A DNA stretch of 62,266 nucleotides, taken from assembly GCA_022565615.1 (NCBI GenBank), contig JAIUMM010000005.1:1-62266 (forward strand), in the 5' to 3' direction. The DNA is from Nanobdellota archaeon. GTDB taxonomy: Archaea; Nanobdellota; Nanobdellia; Woesearchaeales; UBA583. The position numbers were made by a program, and so were the translations under genes. Shown piece after piece: positions 46,837 through 55,642 of the stretch; the first letter of the stretch is position 1, and each line of letters opens with the position of its first letter. The notes beneath the pieces were generated by a model. It was not told the DNA's origin, did no database searches, and saw nothing but the letters and a program-made list of their open reading frames with translations.

Positions 46837-48333
46837 ATGTTAGATTTTATAATTAATTATTTTAATAATCATTTATTTTTATTTTTACTATTTATTGTCA
46901 CAATTATATATTTTTTAATTGCTTCATATGAAGATTTTAAAAAAAAAGAAGTATTTAATTTTATTAACTTTTCATATCTTTTCATTACTAGTTTTTTAAT
47001 AATATTATATTCAATTTCACAAGTTTCAATTCAGATATTGGTGATTGGAATATTAGGATTATTTTTAGGTTTTTTACTTGGAAGTATTTTATTTTTCTTA
47101 GGGATATGGGGTGGAGGAGATGCTAAATTTCTAATTCCTTTTGGAGGAGTATTTACATTATTAGCTACTCAAACTTCTTCATTATTTTCAAGTTTTGAAT
47201 TATTTTTTAGTACTAGTAATTTAGACAATAATGTTATAGTTAATGTTAGTGAATTAATGTTTATAATTTTAGCTTACTCATTGTTATTAATTAATTTTTT
47301 AATAATACTCTACATTCTTTACAAACTAGTTTTAGTTAAAAAAATTAATCATCTCTACATTTCTACATTAATACTTTTAATATTTATTATAATTGGAATG
47401 ATTTCAATATTTCCAATAATTCCATTTGAAATTAGGTTAATTAGTTCTTTAAGTTTTATTATATTATTATTTTTGATTCCAAATTCTTCTTTTTTCATGG
47501 TATCTAAATTTGAAAAACTTTCAACACAGGGCTTAAAAAAACTTTTTAAATTAGAAAAAGAAAATGTGTCAGAGTATTATCTTTCTCATCCAATAGTGTT
47601 ACACTCAAAAGAAATTGAACCTTTTAGATTAAATTCTTCTCCTCTAACATTAGCTAAAGTTGAAGAGTTTGAGAAAAAAGGGTTAAATAATTCTTCTTAT
47701 TTAAATGTTGTATCAATTCCTCCAATAATTCCATTTTTTTTATTTCAACTTTTAGTTATTATGTTTTTATTAATATTTGAATTTAAAGAACAAAATCTTG
47801 TATTATTATTTAAATTTGTAGAATTTCTATTACTTTCATTTTTAGTTGGAGGATTGTATGTAATTGTATTAGTATTGTATAATTCAGTAATACATTTGAA
47901 ATTAATTTATCAGTCAATTCCTAATTATAGATTTTTTACATATGTTTTCTCAATACTTGTTCTTTTAATTACTCATATTATAGCTCATAATATACTAATT
48001 TCACAAATAAGTTTAATGGGTGGAGTAATTGTTATTTGTCTTTTTTTATTTGAAATCACTAAAATTATTGAAAAAAAAATATTTGTTATTGAGACTACAA
48101 TTGATGCAATAACTCTTGGAGATTGGATTGTAGAAGATGTAATTGTTGAAGATAATATAGTTTTTAAAAAAGAAGATTTTAAACTTGGGGTTGAAGAATT
48201 TCAATTAGAAATATTAAATAAGTTATATGGAGAAAATAAATTAAAATCACTTAAAGTCAAATCCGGAATTGCATTTATACCTCATTTATTTATAGGATTT
48301 ATACTATTAATTGTGTTAAATTTATTTTATTAA
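46837..48333 (+). CDS. Prepilin/prearchaellin peptidase (A24, FlaK/PibD-like), extended
   Basis: Catalytic Asp motifs YEDFKKKEV and WGGGDAK; C-terminal GDWIVED and GIAFIPHL. Confidence 0.85.
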   Translation: MLDFIINYFNNHLFLFLLFIVTIIYFLIASYEDFKKKEVFNFINFSYLFITSFLIILYSISQVSIQILVIGILGLFLGFLLGSILFFLGIWGGGDAKFLIPFGGVFTLLATQTSSLFSSFELFFSTSNLDNNVIVNVSELMFIILAYSLLLINFLIILYILYKLVLVKKINHLYISTLILLIFIIIGMISIFPIIPFEIRLISSLSFIILLFLIPNSSFFMVSKFEKLSTQGLKKLFKLEKENVSEYYLSHPIVLHSKEIEPFRLNSSPLTLAKVEEFEKKGLNNSSYLNVVSIPPIIPFFLFQLLVIMFLLIFEFKEQNLVLLFKFVEFLLLSFLVGGLYVIVLVLYNSVIHLKLIYQSIPNYRFFTYVFSILVLLITHIIAHNILISQISLMGGVIVICLFLFEITKIIEKKIFVIETTIDAITLGDWIVEDVIVEDNIVFKKEDFKLGVEEFQLEILNKLYGENKLKSLKVKSGIAFIPHLFIGFILLIVLNLFY

Positions 48334-48418
48334 ATATTTTTAGTTTTTTTATAAAATTGTTACTTTATAAATATATAAAAATGTTTAAATAGCATTCAAA
48401 TATAACTAATATTATAAG

Positions 48419-49456
48419 ATGTTCTTTTCAAAAAAACAAGTAACTTTTATTGAAAATTTGAATTCTCACAATACTAAAGAATCTTTAATTAGTTCAGCAT
48501 ATTTACTTTATTCTTTAAATAGTTTAGAATCATGTGCATATGTCAATCTCGATGCTACTAAAAATTCATTTATTTCTCTTTTAGAACAATTATTTTTAAG
48601 AACTAATTTAAAAAAAGAATATCCTTATATTCATATAGATTATTATTTAAAATTTAATTCAAATTTCTTAATTAAGGGAATTTTATCTCAAGCTGAATTT
48701 CAAAATTTAAAAATTGAAAAACTAGTTCAAAATTTAATTTATTATAGATATGATACAATTATTCTTGATAATTTAGATGTTACTTCTCAGCATTTAGATA
48801 CAATACTCACTATTTTAAATTCAAGTGAGATAACTTCTAATATAGTAATAATTGGGTCTGATAAAATTAAATTTTTTTTTGAGAAGAAAAAAATAGAATT
48901 TCATTCATCATTAAAATTGGAGTTACATTCAAATTTGAAAGATTCACAATCTTTGTATTCATCTTCACCTTCTTTAGATGTACAATATTCAAATCAACCA
49001 AATATTTTGAATATTTTAACAAACCCAAATATTTCTTCATGGTTGAGTATAACATATAATTTAATTTCTATAAAAAAATCTGGAACTAAACGTTTTTTCT
49101 TTATTTCAAATTCATATTCTTATTCTAAAGAAATTACATTTATTTTAATTATGAAAAAATGTTTAAAACAAATTCCTGAATTTGAAAATTGGGATTATAT
49201 GGTAATTAATCCTAATAATTTAAATTTTATCTTAGATATGGAGTATAATAAACAACTTACACTATTAAATCAATCTTTACTTGTCGAAGGATTTTCAAAT
49301 TTAATTTTTAATACAACTTTAGATATTGAAAAATTTGTATTACACAAATTAACTAATTTGAATACACTTGAAACTGTAAATAATACGAATAATTCATTTG
49401 TAATAATTTCTTCACTTAGTCAAATCAATAAGAGTTCAATAGTAAAGTTAAATTAA
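48419..49456 (+). CDS. Hypothetical protein, possibly a degenerate P-loop (KaiC/FlaH-like) fold
   Basis: CAYVNLD and Walker-B-like DTIILDNL strands, no Walker A; weak. Confidence 0.4.
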   Translation: MFFSKKQVTFIENLNSHNTKESLISSAYLLYSLNSLESCAYVNLDATKNSFISLLEQLFLRTNLKKEYPYIHIDYYLKFNSNFLIKGILSQAEFQNLKIEKLVQNLIYYRYDTIILDNLDVTSQHLDTILTILNSSEITSNIVIIGSDKIKFFFEKKKIEFHSSLKLELHSNLKDSQSLYSSSPSLDVQYSNQPNILNILTNPNISSWLSITYNLISIKKSGTKRFFFISNSYSYSKEITFILIMKKCLKQIPEFENWDYMVINPNNLNFILDMEYNKQLTLLNQSLLVEGFSNLIFNTTLDIEKFVLHKLTNLNTLETVNNTNNSFVIISSLSQINKSSIVKLN

Positions 49457-49603
49457 ATACTAATAAATTAAAATAAACTACTATTAAAGTGAAATAGTGT
49501 TATATCTAAAACTTATTTTTATTATTTGTTTTTCTAAGTTAATTGTTTTTTTCACTTGAAAATACTCAAAAAATAATATATTAGATATAGTTGATAATTA
49601 ATT

Positions 49604-50404
49604 ATGTCAATATTTGGAAAGAAAAAAGAAAATGCACCTCCTGCTCCTCCTATCCCTTCAGGAGGAGGATTAAATGATATTAAAAGTGAGATTAGTGGAA
49701 ATCAGGGTAATAATGTAACAGATGAAAATTCTAAACTGCCACCACCACCAGGATCTTCTGCTGCTATGAGTAGTTCAACTTCATCAGTTCAATCTATGCA
49801 AACTAATGGAGTTAGCAATAGAAATTCTTCTACATCTTCTCCTAGTTTTGATCCATCAAACATTTCAAAAAATAATGGATTTAATCAAAATAATGAGAAT
49901 TCAAGTTTAAACTCTTCATCTACTATGAATAATTCTAATTTAAATCTTGCAAAAAAATCAGTATTAGATGAATCATTATTTAATTTAGAAGATTTTGAGT
50001 TGCCTAATTTAGATGATTTAGATGATATTGATATGAAAGTTAAAACTCTTGAAAATAAAAATTCAAATACTTATAATGAAACTTCTTCAAATTCTTTAAC
50101 TTCTAATTTTAATAATTCAAGTTCTAAATCACAATCTCATAACTTAAAATCTGAGCATTTTATTCCTACAAAAGGACTTTCAGCCTCTGATAAAGAAACT
50201 TTCTTTTTAACAACAAATGAGTTTAAACATTTATTGGAATTAGTGGATTCAGTGAAAGATAGAGTGAGAATTTCAACTCAAAGGCATATGAAAATAACAA
50301 CTATTAAAGCTGAAGAAGATATTGAATATGAAAATATGAAAAAGGATTTTCAATTTATTGAGGATAAATTGTATGAAGTTGATAGTACAATATTTGAGAG
50401 GTAA
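49604..50404 (+). CDS. Hypothetical protein: Pro/Ser/Asn-rich disordered N-terminus and a C-terminal coiled coil
   Basis: PPAPPIP and PPPP motifs; C-terminal ~70-aa helix pair resembling the next ORF. Confidence 0.75.
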   Translation: MSIFGKKKENAPPAPPIPSGGGLNDIKSEISGNQGNNVTDENSKLPPPPGSSAAMSSSTSSVQSMQTNGVSNRNSSTSSPSFDPSNISKNNGFNQNNENSSLNSSSTMNNSNLNLAKKSVLDESLFNLEDFELPNLDDLDDIDMKVKTLENKNSNTYNETSSNSLTSNFNNSSSKSQSHNLKSEHFIPTKGLSASDKETFFLTTNEFKHLLELVDSVKDRVRISTQRHMKITTIKAEEDIEYENMKKDFQFIEDKLYEVDSTIFER

Positions 50405-50409
50405 TTAAA

Positions 50410-50619
50410 ATGAATAGAAATCAAAGAGAGGTTTTCATTAGAGTTCAAAATATTAAAGAAATTGTAGGTATTTTAGAACAAATTGAAGAATCACAAAATA
50501 TTGTTAAAGCTTTAATTCCTAAAATTGAAGAAGTTAAACAAAAAGAAGAATTAATTTTAAATAATTGGATGAATCATCTTGAGGAAATTGATGAGAAGGT
50601 TGAACATTTAACATTATAA
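50410..50619 (+). CDS. Small coiled-coil protein
   Basis: 69 aa, 5 nt from both neighbours; VFIRV...EEL...W...LEEIDEKV. Confidence 0.7.
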   Translation: MNRNQREVFIRVQNIKEIVGILEQIEESQNIVKALIPKIEEVKQKEELILNNWMNHLEEIDEKVEHLTL

Positions 50620-50624
50620 TAAAA

Positions 50625-51242
50625 ATGGCACTTAAAAAAAAACAAATAAATAATACAAATCATTCAAGGTCTTCAAAACTTATTAATACAAATGATTATA
50701 GAGTAGAAGATTCAGATTTATACGTTTGTGTATATGATGTGGTTAATAAAAGAAAATCTTTACTCTCTGCACTTAAAAATTCTTTAGTATCTCAAGAAGA
50801 ATTTGAGATTTTACAATCTTCAAGGACTGCTAAATATCATTATATTCAAGAGATGAAAAAAGAGTTAGAGAAAATTAATTCTTTATATGCAAAATTACAA
50901 AAGTTGTTTCCAAATACAAGACACATATTAACATTTGCAGAAAAAGAAATGAAAGAACTTGAACATCAAGTTGGAAATTTAGTAAAATCTCGTGAAATTG
51001 AAGATCTAGAGCTTGAAAATTTAGATCATTTAAAAGAAGAACTTGAAGAAATAGAAGAAGAAAAAGTTCATCAAAGAAATCAAAAAATTTTAAAAACAAA
51101 TTTAGATTATAATCCAAGTGAATTAGAAGAAGAAAAATTATCTAGTTTGTATTCATCAAAACATCCTCAGAATAAAGAATCTAAATTAAATAGAATTCAA
51201 AATAATTTAAGCATTATTGAAGAAAAACTTAAAAATTTATAA
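50625..51242 (+). CDS. Coiled-coil hypothetical protein
   Basis: 205 aa, third gene of a tightly packed trio; ends LSIIEEKLKNL. Confidence 0.75.
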   Translation: MALKKKQINNTNHSRSSKLINTNDYRVEDSDLYVCVYDVVNKRKSLLSALKNSLVSQEEFEILQSSRTAKYHYIQEMKKELEKINSLYAKLQKLFPNTRHILTFAEKEMKELEHQVGNLVKSREIEDLELENLDHLKEELEEIEEEKVHQRNQKILKTNLDYNPSELEEEKLSSLYSSKHPQNKESKLNRIQNNLSIIEEKLKNL

Positions 51243-51289
51243 TTTTTCTTTTAAAAATTTAAAATAAATTAAACTATTTATACTTAAAT

Positions 51290-51892
51290 TTATTTTCTAA
51301 TGTAGTTAATGGTGTTATTTTCTGAAAACTCAAAAATTTTGCTTCCAGTTCCACTTACTTGGGTGTCATCAATAATTACTAAATCAACTTTTTTAAGTAA
51401 TTCTACTTCTAAATCTTCAAATTCACTTGGAGATGTTTGACCTGAAATATTAGCAGAAGTTGCTATTAAAGGAATTTTTAAGGAAAAGACTATGTCTTGA
51501 ATATAATGATCACAAATTCTCACTCCAATTTTGTTTTCTTTAGATTTAAGAAGAGGAGACAAATTATTATTTTTGGAGTTATTATCTTCATTTACTTCTA
51601 ATAAAATAGTATATGCTCCAGGTAGGTATTTTCGTATATTTTTTTCAATAGTATCATTGATTTTAAAGGTATTAAATATGAAATTAAAATCTGGGACAAT
51701 AATGCTTAAAGGTTTATTTTCATCTCTTTTTTTTAATTCATAAATTTTTTTAACAACTTCATCACTATCTCCTCTTCCTCCAATTCCATATAATGTATCT
51801 GTTGGATAAATTATAATTCCACCATCAAGAATAGTTTGTTCAATTAATTCTTTATTTTTACTAATATCTTCTTTAAATAGTAAAGTGACCAT
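51290..51892 (-). CDS. tsaC: L-threonylcarbamoyladenylate synthase (Sua5/TsaC, short form)
   Basis: IYPTDTLYGIG, KKRDENKPLS, YLPGAYT, IGVRI, ATSANISG. Confidence 0.95.
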   Translation of the reverse strand: MVTLLFKEDISKNKELIEQTILDGGIIIYPTDTLYGIGGRGDSDEVVKKIYELKKRDENKPLSIIVPDFNFIFNTFKINDTIEKNIRKYLPGAYTILLEVNEDNNSKNNNLSPLLKSKENKIGVRICDHYIQDIVFSLKIPLIATSANISGQTSPSEFEDLEVELLKKVDLVIIDDTQVSGTGSKIFEFSENNTINYIRK

Positions 51893-51980
51893 ATATAGAA
51901 TAAAGTGTAACTATTAATAAATTTAATGAGAAAATTCTTAAAAATTTAATTTAATATTAAAAAAAATACAATATTTAATT

Positions 51981-52547
51981 TTATCTTGCAAAGATAATAA
52001 CAAATACTCCAATTACTGCTAAAAATATAAATGCAGACCATGTTGCAGAAGGAACACTATTAATTAAATCTGTAAACCAATTACTTGAAACTTCAGGTTC
52101 AAATTCCCCAAAGCCAATATTTGGATTAGTATTAATTTCAGATTGATATTCCATTTCATTGAATCTATCTTTTTCAAACTCATTATTCATTGCAAAAAAT
52201 GAATTAACTAAAATTCCTAAAAATAATACTACAAATACAGCCATTACAATTTTCCCATTTAATCCTAAACTTGGGATATCAATTTCTAAGAAATTTAGAA
52301 GCATTGCAATTATAAATATTGCAACTATTAATATTCCAAAAAATGTGAATAGGTAACTTACTGCAAATGCAACTACTCCACTAAGTGATACAATAATTGC
52401 TGCAAGTGCTGAAATTCCTGCATTTAATTTAGCGTCAGCTTCTTTAAATGGCCCTCTTGTAACTAATAATGCATAAATTATAATCCACATTAAAAGTGCA
52501 ATAAATAATGTTCTAAACTCTATTAATACTCCTAAAGCATCTTCCAT
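51981..52547 (-). CDS. Hypothetical multi-pass membrane protein
   Basis: About 5 hydrophobic helices. Confidence 0.7.
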   Translation of the reverse strand: MEDALGVLIEFRTLFIALLMWIIIYALLVTRGPFKEADAKLNAGISALAAIIVSLSGVVAFAVSYLFTFFGILIVAIFIIAMLLNFLEIDIPSLGLNGKIVMAVFVVLFLGILVNSFFAMNNEFEKDRFNEMEYQSEINTNPNIGFGEFEPEVSSNWFTDLINSVPSATWSAFIFLAVIGVFVIIFAR

Positions 52548-52686
52548 ATGTAATATAGAACACTTGAATTTATAAATATTGTGTTATCTCTTTATTATAA
52601 TAACTTATAATTATGTTAATTAATATAAAATTTAAGATTAATTCATTATTAATTTTATATTAGTTTAATCTTTATTTAGAATAAAA

Positions 52687-53676
52687 ATGACACAAGATAA
52701 TAAAATTCCTTCTAAAGTATTAAAACAAACTCCATTTTTACTCGCTCCAATGGATGAAGTAACTGATATTGGTTTTAGAACGTTATGTGAAGAAGAAGGT
52801 AGTGCTTATGGAACTACTGAACTTACTTCAGTTGATGCTTTAGTTCGTGATAGAGTAATGGAGTCAAGGTATAAAAAAGAGAATTTGAAAATAAATTCAA
52901 TTCAACTTTTTGGACATAATCCTCAAACATTTGTAGATGCTGCTAAAAAAGTTAAACATGAGGCTGATTTTATTGATATTAATTTTGGTTGTCCTTCTGC
53001 TTGTGTAAATAGTAATGATTCTGGAGCAATTTTGCTTAAAGATCCAAAAAATGTACGCTCTATTGTTGAGAAATTAGTTAAAGAAGTAGATAGACCAATT
53101 ACTGCTAAAATTCGTTTAGGATATGAAAAAACAACATATTTAGATGTTGCTCGTGAAGTTGAAGAGGCTGGAGCTTCTATGCTTGCAGTTCATGGAAGAA
53201 CAGCTAAGCAAAAATATTCAGGAAAAGCTAATTGGGACGCTATACAAGAGATTTATGACAAAACTGATATTTTTTTATGTGGAAATGGGGATATTACAAA
53301 GCCTGAGCAAATTGATGAGTATATGGGAAGTCATTGTGATGCTTTAATGATTGGAAGAGGAGCAATTGGAAATCCCAAAATATTTAAAGATTTTTTAGAG
53401 TATAAAAATAATAAAAACCAATTCTTAAAAAAACAAGAAGAACTAAAAGAATTAAGTAGAGAGAAGAGAGATGAAATTAAAAAAAGAGAACAAAAAGAAT
53501 ACTTTTTACGTTATTTACATCATTTAAAACATATTACACTTCAAAGAGAAGTATATAGAATTCAGCATCAAGCAATGTACTTTTTTAAAGGAATTTCAGG
53601 GGTTAAAGAATTAAGACAACAATTAATGCAGGTAAAGACAATTGATGAAGTAATTAAATTAGTGGAAGAATTCTAA
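52687..53676 (+). CDS. tRNA-dihydrouridine synthase (Dus family)
   Basis: LLAPM, IQLFG, DINFGCP, TAKIRLG, VHGRT, GNGDI, MIGRGAIGNP. Confidence 0.95.
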   Translation: MTQDNKIPSKVLKQTPFLLAPMDEVTDIGFRTLCEEEGSAYGTTELTSVDALVRDRVMESRYKKENLKINSIQLFGHNPQTFVDAAKKVKHEADFIDINFGCPSACVNSNDSGAILLKDPKNVRSIVEKLVKEVDRPITAKIRLGYEKTTYLDVAREVEEAGASMLAVHGRTAKQKYSGKANWDAIQEIYDKTDIFLCGNGDITKPEQIDEYMGSHCDALMIGRGAIGNPKIFKDFLEYKNNKNQFLKKQEELKELSREKRDEIKKREQKEYFLRYLHHLKHITLQREVYRIQHQAMYFFKGISGVKELRQQLMQVKTIDEVIKLVEEF

Positions 53677-53785
53677 ATTTTATACTTAAAAATAATATAA
53701 AATTAGATTAAAATTTTATTTTTCATCTTAAGTTTTTTACGTTAATTATTTAAACTTAGCACTTTCTATGTAATATATAATAAAA

Positions 53786-55414
53786 ATGACAAAAGACACT
53801 ACTAAAACTCTTGATGAAATAATTGATAATGTTAATATTCAAAATTCAAGTCCTCAATCTCAAGAAGTTCAAATTAGAAGTGAAGTAGAGTCAATTTTAG
53901 AAAAACAATTTGATAATTCGCTCACACAAGAAGATTATCAACGATTTCAAATTCTTGCAAGTCAAAATCCTCAATTAGTTGAAAAAACACAAAGAGATTT
54001 TATGCAAAGAGAAGATGTTCAAGAAAAAATTAGAAAAATTCAAGAACAAGAGCAACAAAGAATTGAACAATTAAGAAGTCAAATTGATACATTAAGACTT
54101 GGTAGTTCTCAGTTAAGTGAAAGTGGAGCATATTCTAAAATTAGAGCAGATCAAGTGGAGAGTCAATTATTAAATTCAGGTGGGAAGAGAATTTTACATT
54201 TTACTGATACTGAAGTTGAAGCAGATCAACTTGAAGGAAGACTTGCAAAATTACTTCATGATGAAGGAGTATTAGGATATGTTCAAGAGAATGGAAGACT
54301 TCCTGAAAATACAGTTCTTGTTCATACAGGTGATATTGGTCCTGATTTATTTAATCAAATGAAATATAGAACACAAGCTTTTTTAGCTGATACCGTAATT
54401 AAAGAGGGTGAGCTAACAGGAGAGGATGCTCAAGAATTTAAACAACTCTACCATGAGATGATGGACCAAGCTGGTGTAACAGAAGAGATGTTAATTCGTG
54501 GAATTAAAACGCAAGAAGATCAACAAGCTCTGCAACAATTTATTCAACTTTTATATGGATTTACTGATCCGATGTTTAAAACTAGTGATGATATTAAAGA
54601 GTTTAGAAAGAAAAGAGATAAACTTCACTCACACTTAGAAAAAGCTATTATTAATCATTCAAAAAGAAATATGGGTGAAATTAAAGAAGTATTTGATAAA
54701 TATGGTCTTAATGATGAAAATTTTGTAATTATTAGTGGAAATCATGATGTTCCTCATGTTGTACAAGATACATTTGGAAATTCTTATTTAAGTGAAGGAG
54801 AGACTCGTGAAGTTGGTGGAATTAAATTTAATAGACCTCTTGGTAGTGCAACTGGTTCTGTATATGGACCTTTACTTGCAAGAGATATTATGGGTTCAAA
54901 TGAATTAATTGAGCAAATTCCTCAAATGAGATACAATTCTGAGCCTTTTAGAGAGTTAAAACAATATGTTCAACAAGAGTTAGGTTTTGATCATTTAAAT
55001 GATTCTCAAATTGATGATTTAATTAAATTTTCAGTGAGAAAATCTCAATTTGGATTTCCAAGTGGGGAGTTGAAACATGTTAATGATAGAATTGAAGAAG
55101 ATGTTAAAGCACAAATTCAACAAAGACTTCAAAGAATTCCACAAACTCTTGATAATAATGCTCATGTATATTTAGGTCATGGAGATGTTACACATCCTCA
55201 ACATGCAGGACTTGAAGAAACATATTTACGACAACTTCTTGATGGTAAAGGAGATGATGGAAAATTTTATTTAGGAGGACATCAACATGGTGAGACTACT
55301 AATCAAACTAATAGGATGACTTATATTAATCCTGGTGCTTCAAGAGATAGTTATGCACATGGTGTTGTATATGTTAATTCAGATAATTCTCTTCATAGTT
55401 TGAAATCAACTTAA
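53786..55414 (+). CDS. Calcineurin-like metallophosphoesterase with large insertions
   Basis: LHFTD, HTGD, SGNHD, LGH, GGHQH, YINPG in canonical order. Confidence 0.7.
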   Translation: MTKDTTKTLDEIIDNVNIQNSSPQSQEVQIRSEVESILEKQFDNSLTQEDYQRFQILASQNPQLVEKTQRDFMQREDVQEKIRKIQEQEQQRIEQLRSQIDTLRLGSSQLSESGAYSKIRADQVESQLLNSGGKRILHFTDTEVEADQLEGRLAKLLHDEGVLGYVQENGRLPENTVLVHTGDIGPDLFNQMKYRTQAFLADTVIKEGELTGEDAQEFKQLYHEMMDQAGVTEEMLIRGIKTQEDQQALQQFIQLLYGFTDPMFKTSDDIKEFRKKRDKLHSHLEKAIINHSKRNMGEIKEVFDKYGLNDENFVIISGNHDVPHVVQDTFGNSYLSEGETREVGGIKFNRPLGSATGSVYGPLLARDIMGSNELIEQIPQMRYNSEPFRELKQYVQQELGFDHLNDSQIDDLIKFSVRKSQFGFPSGELKHVNDRIEEDVKAQIQQRLQRIPQTLDNNAHVYLGHGDVTHPQHAGLEETYLRQLLDGKGDDGKFYLGGHQHGETTNQTNRMTYINPGASRDSYAHGVVYVNSDNSLHSLKST

Positions 55415-55642
55415 ATTCTTCCAACACATGAATTTGATATTAAATATAGGTATAAAAGATAAATAGCATCACAAAGTGTTCAAAATGTAAGGGAATAAGT
55501 ATTTTATAAATATTTTTTCATATTAAATACTTCTTTTTTTAAGTTATAAATTATTAGATTTTTACCTTTAATTTTTCAGTATTTTATTGTAGTTCTATAA
55601 ATTTATAAATCGTTTTTTTCTAATTTAAATTAGATATTTCAT

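Noticed and set aside
2458-53347. Short overlapping ORFs: 2458, 4105, 4407, 6305, 9940, 11381, 12169, 14288, 24869, 27112, 35157, 36507, 39135, 39861, 40869, 44043, 48867, 50875, 51531, 52159, 53144
   Set aside because: All overlap well-supported longer genes on another frame or strand and show no motifs.
53786-55414. Metallophosphoesterase as the missing Mre11
   Set aside because: Motif spacing, the long N-terminal extension and the lack of DxH do not fit Mre11, and it is 50 kb from rad50.
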